NCBI GenBank assembly: GCA_043228905.1
Contig: JBHGNT010000010.1
Location: forward strand, 8,246,001-8,310,000
Direction: 5' to 3'
DNA from: Azolla caroliniana
Lineage: Eukaryota; Plantae; Polypodiophyta
DNA length: 64,000 nt
Shown here: positions 25,801 through 36,860 of the stretch, piece by piece
How the letters are laid out: each line of letters starts with the position of its first letter
How positions within the stretch are numbered: position 1 is the first letter of the stretch
Translations under genes and position numbers: made by a program
The notes under the pieces: model-generated
Databases searched by the model: none
What the model was told of the DNA's origin: nothing
What the model saw: only the letters and a program-made list of their open reading frames with translations

Positions 25801-26415
25801 TGGAAGGAAGAGATGAGCCGGGAAGAACTACTAGCGGTCCGGATACGACAACTAGAGGGAAGACCGGCAGACATAGCGGAAGCAATACGCCGACAACAAG
25901 AAGCACGATTAAGGAACAAAAGCCGGTTCGACACAAAGCACCGACTACGACCGAGGAGGATTGAAGAAGGAGACTGGGTGATCGTCTATGACAGTAGTTT
26001 GGACCATCAACATACAACGATGCGGAAATTCGCGAAAAGGTGGTTCGGGCCATACGAGGTTCGGAAAGTCTTCGACAACGGAACGTACCGACTGTCCGAG
26101 TTGGATGGAACAATACTACGAGTGCCTATAGCCGGGAAGCGGGTGAAGATTTTCAAGAAGCGGACCGACGACAAACCCTATGTGATCCAAGCCAAGGCCG
26201 ACTACGAGGAGCAATCAGACGAAGACCACGGGGATGCGGGAAGCGAAGAACGTGAATTACAATTCATAGTCGACATAAGGGGAGAATCAGAGGAAGCTTT
26301 GGGTGAAGACGGATATGGGGAATCGAGAACTTTGGCACATACCGGAGGATGTGCGGGTTCGGAGGGGGCGAGTGTCGTAGTGTATTCCACACACTACGTG
26401 AAAACCATAAAATAA
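22774..26415 (+). CDS. Pol (RT-RNase H-integrase) of the gypsy element, open and in the -1 frame relative to the end of gag-PR
   Basis: The frame is open from the GGATTTT slippery site. RT (DLQPVN, DLYSGYDQF, FLDD), RNase H (VDTS...ELWGV...ETDC, NAVADMLSR), integrase zinc finger (H...GH...C..C), core (YNPEANGKIER) and GPY/F motif (WFGPY); no chromodomain. Confidence 0.93.
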   Translation, partial: GFLKRTVAEWGSDSPRSPDTPHRKKTLGAKHVRIGPDGASTYTTVTGGLKKGYRQVEDKLRSASIIKEDEEIVGIVEEVFYGSTLQRLEELAEDKSQGNRVVPVESVEMYEIIAKMEPDTLRKEEAMVSTKYKTVEKKVKPAAGPLPVDSEQKRKEVSGDPTLRKSVDIGHAFTDETRKKLRIGGGGFLLQKEEERFREMLEQHGKAFAFTSREIGCIDPRIVEPMVIFTIDHVSWNLKPLPVPRAHIPKVIDLLKEKVTMGILEPSTAPYSNRWFTVPKKNGSLRFIQDLQPVNKVTIRNSGVGPIVDEFAETFAGRAIYSIGDLYSGYDQFQLTVESRDITTMRTPIGLVRMCTLPQRATNSVAHMMNAMNKVLRDCISEITMPFLDDIPMKGCAVEEKDETMDDRGCRKFVVDHIHACEKVLRKLEDVHLTLSGEKSAFGQEEILVVGHLCGPYGRRPSPTKIDAIQAMEEVCESTSEVRRFLGACAFYHIWIPHYAHIADPLYHLLRKGKKFEWKPEHTKAMKKLKKTLRRAEALKKPSYDRLIIVTVDTSPTGIGWVINQADSDGSQYPIRFGAKVLNERQRGYAQVKRELWGVVSAIKSDRDYLIGAEVVIETDCLPILGMMRCCTIPDVAMLRWVAYVKSLNPEVRHISGKENAVADMLSRARFGDDITESDNEEVSEDYFASEHICRVNVIREFREEEYEGESLMIGKTLQEAEDLTNDKGRRAEIRRKKRQVQKFFLENGLIWRAPKRPDGIPLRVVGTKEQRNRIMSEFHESDWAGHRGTWATFVKIKQKYWWKKMYKDIAEFTESCEKCQVYSGVRHRDELHPTFSPTINFKWMVDIVAMPTGIGQKKYLVLAREDLTNQVEGRALQRKTCSAVCQFLLEEVFCRYGCVGQVIADRGELDSDKARGFFAKHGVRLSLTTAYNPEANGKIERGHSPIVKALAKACDGKVKNWPQMLPYALWADRTTHSSITGYMPAELMTGQAPVMPTETAIATWTMLPWKEEMSREELLAVRIRQLEGRPADIAEAIRRQQEARLRNKSRFDTKHRLRPRRIEEGDWVIVYDSSLDHQHTTMRKFAKRWFGPYEVRKVFDNGTYRLSELDGTILRVPIAGKRVKIFKKRTDDKPYVIQAKADYEEQSDEDHGDAGSEERELQFIVDIRGESEEALGEDGYGESRTLAHTGGCAGSEGASVVVYSTHYVKTIK

Positions 26416-28817
26416 TATATCCGAATTTAGATACATATAAATAAATAAATAATATATCAAAAGAATTTATCACGTGCATAGGGCAAGATTCGAACCATGC
26501 ACCTCCACGTAGATAAACCCCAACTTTACCATTGTAATAACTTATCTTTAGTGTTATAAATATAGATTTAATACGTATAAGACCTTTATTTACACATACC
26601 TTTATTAAAAGGTAAAAATCATGTATTCTTTAGAGTGTGAATATTTTATTTACACGTGACATTAAAAGTGACTCATGCACATCTAGCGTGCACGAGCCCT
26701 ATATTTAGGAAATGACAAAACATCACATGCACATTTAGTGTGCATGGGCACTTTAGGTGAAAAAGCATGAAGCCATGCTTAGCCTCTTCCATCTTTATAT
26801 AAGGAGGAGAAAAATATGTATATGGTTGTTGATTAATATACAAGGTTGGATCAATCTAATATATTCGTGGGATTCACGAATTTTGCCATCTAATTGCTCT
26901 TATAATCTAAATATTGTTTTAATTACGCTAAACTCGTGGGATTCACGAGATTGCTATCTTACTTCTCTTACCACTATTCATATCTAGCCTTAAGTTGTAT
27001 TCCTCTTCCTCCTAGTCAAAAACCTCGGCGGTTCCCACCCGACTCACGCAACGATCTGGAGCCGAAGGGCACGACAACGTATCGGAGTTCGAATTCACCG
27101 CACAAGACCCGCACTCGCACAAAGTGATAATGCACTTCTATGTGCTTCATGCGAGCATGGAAAATGGGATTCTTGGCTACCCGCATGTTGCTGATGTTGT
27201 CATAGTAAATCGGAATCAGAGTAGGAACTTCAACCCTTAAGTGTTGTAGCAACCATCTGAGCCATATAGCTTCACAGGTGGCGACAGTGGTTGCTCTATA
27301 CTCAGCCTTAGGGCATGAATTGAATGTTGGCCGCTGCATGAATTGACTAGTGACCCCAACCGGATAGGTAAGAGTTAAATACATAAGGCTTTCGAAAAAT
27401 TGTCAAAACTGCTTCGCATCGCAAGCCGCTTCTATGTCGGGATGTAGCTTCAGGTTTCTATCAAGGGGAGTAGACACGGATCAGCAATTCATCATACCGA
27501 ACTTGTACAACATATTCAATACATAGTGTCGTTGAGACAACAATATGTCGTCGGGGGTATGGATCACTTCGCTCCCAAGGAAGTAGTCAAGGTCCCCCAT
27601 GTCCTTCATCTCGAATGCATTCAATAGTTGGGACTTTACTCGGTCGATTTTAGCAAGGTCGCGTCTGGTGACGACCAAGTCATCGACATACAACAGAATG
27701 CAGACCGGACCCTTCAGACCTTTCCGGATGAACAAGGATGAGTCATATTTGGAAGCTGCAAACCCCATCTTACGCAAGTTCCAAGCACGGGGGGCTTCTT
27801 GAAGGCCATAAAGCGACTTCTTCAGTCGACATATTACCGACTTGTTCACCTTCGACTGAAATCCGGGTGGTTTGACCATGTATACTTGTTCTTCAAGATC
27901 TCGTTGATGAAACACGTTTTCCACGTCGATTTGGTGGAGATGCCACCCCCTTGCCGCTGCGACCGCCAGCACCACACGAACGGTTGTCATCTTCACCACC
28001 AGTGCAAAGTCTCAGCATAGTCGATGTCACGGGTCTGTGCATATCCTTTGGCCACCAATCGGGCCTTGTACTGGTTGACTGAACCTTTGGCATTATATTT
28101 CACCTTATATACCCATTTGTAGCCGATTGGTTTGCTGTGTCGAGGAGGATCAACCAAGTCCCATGTGTTGTTGGCATCAAGTGCCTGCATTTCTTCCTCC
28201 ATGACCGAATGCCATTTGGCATCCTATGAAGGGTCCGCAAAGCTCTCTGACTCGCAGACTTCTGCCACTTTCGCCATGTACGCATAGTGATGCGTCATGT
28301 ACTCATTATATCCGTACCAGATCACCAGTTTCTAGTGGCGAGTCAATCTGCAGAGCTTCTCATTCCCCGATTTTAGGGCCCTCTTGGTCGTATCTGACTT
28401 CAACTCTTGAGGTCCGCCTTCGCTCTGAGTGTTATCGGATTCTCCCATATCCGAGTCTCCTTTGACTGTGTCGTACTCCAACATCTTCCTCTTTCCCTTC
28501 TCTTTGCACGTGAATCGTCTCCTCAGTTCCTTGCACAGGGAATGCATTGGAGAGTCTTCACTGCTTGCCGGATCTTCATTCATCTGGTCTTCCCAACTCA
28601 ACTCTTCATTCAACCCACTCAGCCAAAATGAGATTGAACTCTTTTCCAAAGTGCCGAATCCTTCTTCTTCTGCTCTCAACCGGATGTTAGGGTTTGTCTG
28701 TGTTTTAGCGTTTGTTGGCACTAGAGGATTCTCAAGCTTAGTGCTCTGATACCATGAAAAGAGTAGCGTGTAGAAGCTACACAAACACTACCGGTTCAGC
28801 CGAAAAACAAAAGAGAA

Positions 28818-29058
28818 TGGTAAACACAGAGAACAATTGTGTGAGAGAGAGTGCACGGGAGAGATAGATAGAGAAGAACACTAAAAACTCAATTTCAAAA
28901 ATACTCTGTACATACTAATGTGCTTAGGGAGCACATTAGTATGGTAAACACAAAGAACAATTGTGTGAGAGAGAGTGCACGGGAGAGATAGAGAGAGTAG
29001 AACACCAGAAACTCAATTTCAAAAATACTCTGTACATACTAATGTGCTTAGGGAGCAC
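28818..29058. repeat. About 124-bp tandem duplication inside a copia LTR
   Basis: TGGTAAACACA...TTAGGGAGCAC present twice in direct orientation. Confidence 0.9.
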
Positions 29059-29290
29059 TTTTACATAAGTCCTTAAAAGGACTGACAGAAGTACTGACAT
29101 GTACTTCAATGATCAAAACTGAGCATCGGACACTAACTCCTAAAAGTATGCCTATCTACTAGGCTAGGATCGTAGGCCTCTAATGGCCTACAAGCTCACG
29201 CGTGGATCCGGCTCTCCGATCGGTCTTCACCTAATCCAGCTCTCGGCTTGTTCAGCCGATCCGACCCATGTTGAGCTTGCTCACTCAACA

Positions 29291-29420
29291 CTTATAAACC
29301 GATAAACCTAAGTTTTAGAACCAAACCCAACTAAAATTGAACTGTTTAGTAATAATCCAAACCATTTAATTATTTTGGAACGGATAAACCATTAAACCAC
29401 GGATTAATGGTTTAGTTCAA
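29291..29420. repeat. Possible remnant of a hAT/MITE subterminal region
   Basis: Clustered AAACC/GGTTT motifs; no paired TIR found. Confidence 0.35.
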
Positions 29421-30730
29421 ATGTATGGAAAAGTTTGATTTTGAGAAGGACATTGAAGGTATTAAACAATCGTATTTGAGCATAAACCTTAAAAGAGTGT
29501 CCATGTATTGAGAGATGGTTAAGGGGATGTTACAAATGATAAAGATACAATAGGGTGCCACATTAGAATGTAAATGGGAAGTTTTAAAGAAAGTCATTTT
29601 CTCATGAATAAACAAATGATTTTTCGCCAAATATATACCTTGTTAAGGCATCAAGAAATGTGGTTCAAATAAAACATGGTTTGATAAAGAATCCATGAAG
29701 CTCGAAAGTGACTTATGATTTTGGATGTAATCAAAGATAAAGAAAATGATAAAAAACATTTGCATGAGTACAAAAGCCTTATTCAAAGAAAGAAAAGAAT
29801 ATGGGAAGTTACTCAACAATTTCTCCAAACACAAGAAAAAGCCCATGTGTGTGCTAAATTTTGGTGCAATCTTAAGGGGAAACATATTAAGAGTTATGTT
29901 GAATCAACTCTTATGGAATTATCTATGCATGTTAATAATCTATATGAGGTATATATTGCCTAAACGATGATGCGTTATGGTTCTATGCTCCCCTTCTTTG
30001 CAATTAAACGAGGACTCTCAAAAGGCAAGTGATCTTTAATCTATAAAAGCTAAAATGCTCAAAAGGATGGGAAAGGAAGCACATAGATGGATAAGTGATA
30101 TGTTTAATTATGCATTACAACATGACAAGCCTTTTGCTTGGACCACGGCTTGGATTAAACTTTTACACAAAGGTGGAGATATAAATAATGTAAAGTTACA
30201 ATTTTGGAACTATCATGGACGGCTCATTGACAACAAAACTATTTACATATATAATATAATCAAAGATAAGTACAAGCCTTTTAAAAAAAAAGGCAAGAGA
30301 GCTTATGGACAAGTTGGCCTTTGGAAACACCATATCGCCATCGATCAACTTGTGACCTTCAAATATTAATGGAAGAAAGTCACTTGGGTCACAAGGGATG
30401 AGAGTCTCGATTATGCACACTTTGCCCAAAACAAGTTTGGGAGTCTCAATATCACAATTTGATGTTGTGCTCTGCCTTTCATCACATTCATCTATGCTTT
30501 CCACATACATATTTTCAACCAAACAAATTCCTAGCACAAATTTCTCTCACAATCACAACATGCACTTTCGATTGCTATGTTTATTAGTAAAGTTCTTGAA
30601 CATTGAGTTCATATCTACTCACTTTCACATGTACTACATGAAAATATTATATTTTTGGTCTCATAGGTCATATTTAACCTTTGAAGAAGAAAATAAAATT
30701 ATCTGTCCATCCATCTTTCTCCCTCTCTAT
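29420..30730 (+). mobile_element. Decayed LINE fragment, family L-B
   Basis: Aligns by eye with 15555-15957 (HLHEYKSLIQRKKRIWEVTQQF); RT N-terminal remnant (LLHKGGD); same 3' end ATAGGTCATATTTAACC as at 19455. Confidence 0.8.
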
Positions 30731-30779
30731 TATTATGTAGTTAGGAGCACACTTCTAAACTATCATTCTCTAGTTGTCT

Positions 30780-31070
30780 CTATCTTATTGGAGGATGGAT
30801 ATCACTTACTTCTCACATGCTCACCACATAATGCAATTCACAAGAAGTATGATGGTTGGTTAGACACAAATGATAATATAAGTAAGTGTCATACTCAAAT
30901 CTCACCAAGAAGAATGAATGCATATAAGCGTGCATTATGTTTACAATAGAGAATTTGTAATATATAATAGTTTCCACTTTTCTTAGGGAGGATTCATATA
31001 AAAGATGACGTGTTTATTTGATCCCCGGGGTCAAAATGGGGTCCCTCATGGACGACATAAAATTCTAATG
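30780..31070 (+). mobile_element. Short 3' fragment of another LINE
   Basis: LEDGYHLLLTC resembles the LINE C-terminal zinc-knuckle motif; GC-rich 3' hairpin-like segment at ~31020-31060. Confidence 0.45.
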
Positions 31071-31421
31071 TAATGTTGTTATTGGATTGGCTTACTTTTA
31101 TAAATGTGGGTGATGGGGTGCGGTCATGGATCCATAATCCCCCCTCTAGCCATACTTCATTGAAGTTTTATTTGGCTCTTAGATATTAATATCCTTCTTT
31201 ATATTTTTGGACTCAATCAGGCCAACTATAAACTTTGTCCTTACGTATTATGCATATACTATACAATCTACCTATATACATATTATAATATTCAATCGTA
31301 TGCTATCCAACCTATTTATATTTTACAAGTGGCAAATTAATTTACAATGTCATATTACTCATCATACAACAAACACTGCCACAATCTTTTCTACATTCTA
31401 TGTTATTCATTAACAAGCTTG

Positions 31422-32405
31422 TAGATCTTGATCCGATCAAAGTACAACCCGATTGGCACATATGTACTCATGAAAACACATGGCTACGTAAGGTCAGTTG
31501 GGACCCTTTGCAATGGACATGGCGTGATCCTTACACGGGGCAAGGAAGCAAACCCATCCCTTTCTTCCAGTTCACAACTAGATTGGGTCGCCACATTCTA
31601 GCTGCTCAATGGGCCCGAGAGCCGGCTGATGCAAAGGTCTAGCACACATATCAAGTTCCTCACACAATTTTCACCAAGTTTTGCTAGAAAAACTAGAAAC
31701 AACAACATGCGAGGCGATTTACGACGTTCCAATGGCTATCAATACATAAGTCACTACCGGTGGGAGCATGGCAATGTGGGAACCTTAGCTCACCTAATTG
31801 TGTAGAGTGTCCAAATGCAGTAGAATCAATATGACACGCTCTGTGGGACTGCCCAGCGTCCCATCGAATATGGTGGGGGGTTGGCCGCTTGTTGCAATTA
31901 TGCCAGGTGCAAGGCTCAATCAAGTGGGGAAATATATGTTGGCTATAATGGCAAACCCCAGTTGTCAGATACAAGCATCAAGAGGAGGGGGTGACTTTGG
32001 TGATAAAAGCAATGTCCATCATCGGCAATGTCCACTCAACTCCTCTTAATGACAAATCTCAAGTTGTGGTAGAATTGGTCAGCCCAATAACTCTTTGGAT
32101 TCTATGGAAACAACGGTCTAGACGGGTCTTCTCCAACCAAACCGCGCATCCAACAATGTTACTGCAACTCTAAAAGTAACATTGTAGCCACTCTAAAGAG
32201 CCAATATGATGGCCTCAAGGGCGGATCCGATGGAGTTGAAAGACAATGAATAACCTTCATCCAACAATGGTCGTCCTCTCCCTTTCTTGAGTCAGTGGGC
32301 ATCCACAGAAGATGGAACTATCGCGTCCCTACAGGGATTTGTACATAATAATCTCATTTGTAAAATTTTATAACTAATGGAAGGAGTTTTTTTGGGGAAA
32401 AAAAA
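31422..32405 (+). mobile_element. 5'-truncated L1-type LINE insertion with poly(A) tail and 10-bp TSD
   Basis: TSD AACAAGCTTG at 31412-31421 and 32406-32415; A-run at 32398-32407; zf-RVT-like remnants (WLSIHKSLPVG, C..C...ES..HALWDCP, LWILWKQR). Confidence 0.8.
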
Positions 32406-33841
32406 AACAAGCTTGCATTTAGTTTTTACATTTGTTTCAAACTATTGTTGACTTTTATATTTTATATTATAGCCCTATTTCTCTATTTTCTCTCACAATG
32501 GTTTTTAGCACCAAACTCAAAAAATGGTATCCTTGAACTATTGGTTTGGTCACTGTAGACTCAAAGTGAGCTTGACAATTTGGAAGATCAAGTGGTTCTC
32601 CATGGTAGAAAATGTTGTGCAAATGTGTTTTGGATCTCATGCATGTGTGGATGGAATCTTTGGAGGATTGAACTAGAAGATGGACAAACTCAAGAAAGAA
32701 GAATTTGGTTAAACAAAAAGAAATAAGGAGTATTAAGGTAAGGAGTGTAGCGTAGGCTAGACAGATATTTGAACTTGAGACAATGGGATTTTCTTTAAGT
32801 TATCCCTCCCCCCGGTTCATTTGATAATGAGGTGCCCTTATACATATTCTCTTGTAGTTAAGTATCTTTGTTTATATTGCTTCAATACATCAACAAGAGG
32901 CAATTCTATTATAATATCTTTGTGACAAGAAGCTATGGGAATACAAAGCGCTAGCAAAGAATGATAGATTAGTATCCCAAGGATTTTCTATGAGAAGCAA
33001 CGATGAGAATACCTTCTATGGTTGTGATGTCATCCATGACACATACCAACAAATTGTTCACATAAACGAAGAGGCCAAGTTTTCTTTAATTAGTTCCAAT
33101 AATCCTAGTAATAAGATTAGCCAATTAACCAAAATAATTGGTTTGAAGTTTTGTGCCACCAAGAAGGAAGATATGCTAAATGAGCAAGCACAAACAAAAG
33201 TGAAGTCACAAAATTGCATTGTACATGTTAAAATCCATTTTCCATCTCCACGTTAGGGTTAATGTAGCTCATACATGCTTGTGGGTTGTAGTCTGAAAAT
33301 TCCTTGACTTTGGGTGCACACACACTCTTTGGATCATAGAATCTAATGTTAACTCTAAGAAATCAATATTCACAAGGATATCAATGCAATAATGAACACT
33401 TCTTTCAGGGTATAACACTTCGAAACTCAATTAAATAGGTGATTTAATAGGTTGGATCAAACCGTTCTCTTAGTTGGTGTTTGGAGTTGTAGAAGAACTT
33501 CACCATGAGTCCGTGTGGATGATTCCCAATAGAACCACCTCTTGGGTGCATCCAATTTAATAAAAAAGTGATCCATTCTATATATTTAACTACATACACC
33601 CACAACCCATCAACTTATTGTTAATCGAGTCTTCATTAGTGTATTTAAGATTTGTGATAGGTTACACATGCTCATCCAAAATCTTAATGGTTCAAGTCTT
33701 CAAGAATAATATGTTAGGGGAATGACATTTTGTCTCATGGGAAGTGTTTATGCGTCCATTCAATCAAGACTTGAAAGATCCACTTCCCATTTATTTCCTA
33801 TCATCTATTGAAGTCCTTGCTCATATGCACTACACCAATGT

Positions 33842-33861
33842 CCCCCCCCCCCCCCCCCCCC
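33842..33861. repeat. Poly(C) homopolymer
   Basis: Run of about 20 C. Confidence 0.9.
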
Positions 33862-35149
33862 ATCTCCACCTAACATATTCACTTTCTAGTTTTCTACCAT
33901 TTAGTGAACTAGTCTTCTTTCATCCATTTCTTTTCCTTGTCGGTTGCCAATGCCTTTGTCTATGGGAAAATCTCCAAAGTTTGATTGTCAATTGCTAGAT
34001 AACAAGCTAGTGACTTCTTTATTGAGCTCAAAGTGCACTTAAAAGTTTCATGTCAATGTATTAAGAACGGTTGATGTTTAGCTTACAAGCTAGTGACTTC
34101 TTTATTGAACTCAAAAACCATTAAAAAGGTTTCATGTCAAAGTATTAGTACATTTTAGTGTTATCAAAGTGTTTTGATTGTCTTTTTGCAATGTCCGTTC
34201 CATTAGTAATCAATTTACTACATTGTCATAGAATACTTGCATGTGTCCTATGTGCACTTTTGTAATGCCAAAGTCATTTTGGTTCGTATACTATTTAGAT
34301 GAGGTTGACACCTCTATCATTACACCAATAAAAGCAAACAAAAAATCATTGTATTCTAACTCAAATCCCGAATAGTTAAACACAATCGCCTCACATAAAT
34401 CCCGCCGAAAACCATGGGAAAAAATGGTAACAAAAAATAGAAATGGAGATGTGTCACGAATGTTTCCACGAAAAAGGTTTCGTAGACAATAATTTGTAGC
34501 AATTCCATGTTCAAGTCTTTGTTGAATAAGATGGTTGGTGTACTGAAATACAAACGCACCGTGCTTTGGGAGTATTGGACGAGGCCAATGGCATATGTAT
34601 GCGTATTTGCGATTGCGGAGATCTTTTGGTCTGAAGTCAATATACTTCTACTTTTCATCACTCCGTCCGTCCCCACATCACATTAAGATTCATTTCCCAA
34701 ACCAAACAAAAGAGCCTTTGGTTTAGAAGATAAAGAAACAACAAGTCAAGTGAAAGTGTCAAAGTTGTAATGAATCAAACTCTCTGTCCGTCTGTATGTG
34801 GCCATCTCTATTTGTCTGGTAGTAGTTAGGAGCTGAGGAGAGTGTGGAGCAAGTAGACAGTGGTTTTATTGTCATTGATTATATGTGGATAATGTATACA
34901 AAAGTGTTGAAAAGTTGCTAAGAGGGGGGTGGCATTCATTGTAGAGGAAAGTTAGGCACAACAAACAAATGGAAGGTTAAACAGCATTGATGATGGTAGA
35001 GATGTTGGTGATGGTGGTGATGATGATAATGATGAGGCAAAAACAGGTCTTCATACACCATCCCAGATAGCCCTCCATGGTAATGGTGGCCTGAAATTGA
35101 TCACATTCAAAAGGCTTTTTCCCCTATCTCTTGATCCTTCCTACTATAA

Positions 35150-36043
35150 TCATATCGCCTCGGGCAAGAGCTGAGGCTTCGCGCTCACTTGGCCCGAGCT
35201 TGAGCTTATCTTGACATACCGCTTGAACAAGCGTCTGGCCGACATGACGGAGACCGAGGCCTGGAGAAGGAGCGCGACGAAATAGAGCAGGATGGAGAGC
35301 TTGAGGATCATGCAGAACCTCCCAAAGGTGCTGCATTTCTCATCCCAACCCGACTTTGAGCTCCCGTTCTCACTCAAATACCACACTTCGGTGGCGGCCG
35401 AAGCGGAGGCCATCATCAAGTAAGCAATGGTCTGCAAATGTCCACCATGTTATGGGTGGACATATAATACACATGCATGATTATGCTATAATTGGATTAT
35501 ATATAACTTTGGAGTGAGGAAATGGAAATGGAGGAGGAGGGGTGTGTACATACCTGATCCGCTACGAGGAGGATCCAACCAGCCGCCCTGGTCGTGGGAG
35601 TCGTGTTTGACACGACACATGAGAGCGCAACTAAAGCCGAGTAAATCGCGACAATGCCACTCGCATATGCAAAGAAACTGCAAAGAAGGAGACAATTTGA
35701 ACAAATATTTGTCAATCACAAGAGAGCAAAAAATTCAGCCTTTAATACTAGTACATCATATAGAGGGTAGTCAAAAATAGTGTTGTAGATGGAGTTGGGT
35801 GTGTGTGTGTGTGTGTGATGGAGGTTTGGTTTTCGCTTACACGAGTCCGGGGTCATCGGAGGACTTGATTTGGATTAAGACGAATTTGCCGGCAGCTAGT
35901 TGATGGGAGTTTTGTTTATTCCGGGCCACGAGGATGAGCGCGGCAGTGGAAAGTACGGCCACCGTGCACCGGAGAATAACGAGGAAAGGCAACGCGATGC
36001 CTCTACCCCTCCCACTCCTATCTCCTCTGGTTGCCTGGGCCAT
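35150..36043 (-). CDS. CASPL: CASP-like (Casparian strip membrane protein-like, DUF588/MARVEL-type) four-TM protein, about 202 aa; exons 36043-35841, 35677-35554, 35431-35150
   Basis: GT-AG introns in phase 2 then phase 0 join into an open 609-nt CDS. Family motifs: LR in TM1, DQ|TIAYLMMASASAATEV in TM3, G-x5-W-x3-C-x2-FGRFC loop. Resembles the CASPL2 subgroup (inference). Confidence 0.9.
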
Positions 36044-36649
36044 GGAACGTTGGAAAGACTTGGAACAACCACCCCAAGGAAAAGAGAGAAAGTGGTGTTG
36101 GTGGTGTCACTTGGGGTACAAGAATGAAATGACAACTATCCTTTCTTATCTCCTAACCTTCCACACACATACACAGAACAAGACATATATGTGTATCTAA
36201 AGAGAGAGGGAGAAGGAGTGGGAGAAGCGAAACACCACTAACAGCGCAAGTTGCGCGTCCATGCGACAGTATAAGGAAGTCTTGTTGTGTGGGGTCATTC
36301 CTATGCATACATATATGTGTAGTATGTCATACTCTCTCTCTCTCTCTCTCCACCATTTCTCTTGTGTTGAAATTTAAGCACATACCTTTTGTTAGTTGGA
36401 TTGATTGTTTGCGATGACAAATGAATGTAAGGCATATTGATGAATAAGAAGACAAGGACGAAGAAAAGGAATAGGTGTGAGGAGGAGTAACTAATTGCAT
36501 TGGCTTTTAATTCCAAGTCATCTAACGAACATAAAATGCCATGACGTACACGTGGCGGAAGGATGTCCTCAACAAAGCAAAAGGTTGAAGAAAATAAGTA
36601 ACCATCCATCTCTCTCTAACTCTAAAATTGCAAAGAAAGTTAACTTATG

Positions 36650-36860
36650 TTTTACTTTTGGCTCCATAGGTCATATTTGACCACCAAGTGTGATAATAAA
36701 AATGGCAAAGAAAGTATGTCGCATTTTACTTTTGGTTCCATAGGTCATATTTGACCTCCTGAGGATGATAATAAAAAGGGCAAAGAAAACTAGTCGCATT
36801 TTACCATCAATTCCATAGGTCATATTTCATCTTCGTAGATAATAATAGAATATATCACTT
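36650..36860 (+). repeat. Three tandem ~74-bp copies of the LINE L-B 3' terminal motif
   Basis: CCATAGGTCATATTT(G)ACC...GATAATA repeated at ~36664, ~36738 and ~36813. Confidence 0.8.

Larger units (their letters stand above)
20000..27076 (+). mobile_element. Young full-length non-chromodomain Ty3/gypsy LTR retrotransposon
   Basis: 704-bp LTRs 20000-20703 and 26373-27076 (TGTCG...CGACA; one substitution seen); 4-bp TSD ACGT (19996-19999 / 27077-27080); PBS TGGTGAACCCGACGTGA 20708-20724, complementary to the plant tRNA-Trp 3' end; PPT GGAGGGGGCGAG 26361-26372. Confidence 0.97.
19526..29290 (-). mobile_element. Decayed, internally deleted Ty1/copia element related to the 6414 family, split by a gypsy insertion at 20000-27076
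   Basis: 5' LTR 28755-29290 (minus strand starts TGTTGAGTGAAGCAAGCTCAAC); PBS TGGTATCAGAGC 28743-28754; gag/PR/IN missing; RT remnants 27400-28300 (LLYVDDL); RNase H KHIEVHYHFVR...ELRY|VQTD continues across the gypsy TSD; no 3' LTR found. Confidence 0.88.

Noticed and set aside
33842-33861. Poly(C)/poly(G) run as a functional G-quadruplex
   Set aside because: Simple homopolymer over 1 kb from the gene end with no other support.
36650-36860. CRISPR-like array
   Set aside because: The spacers are similar to one another, the unit is a LINE 3' end, there are no cas genes and the DNA is eukaryotic.
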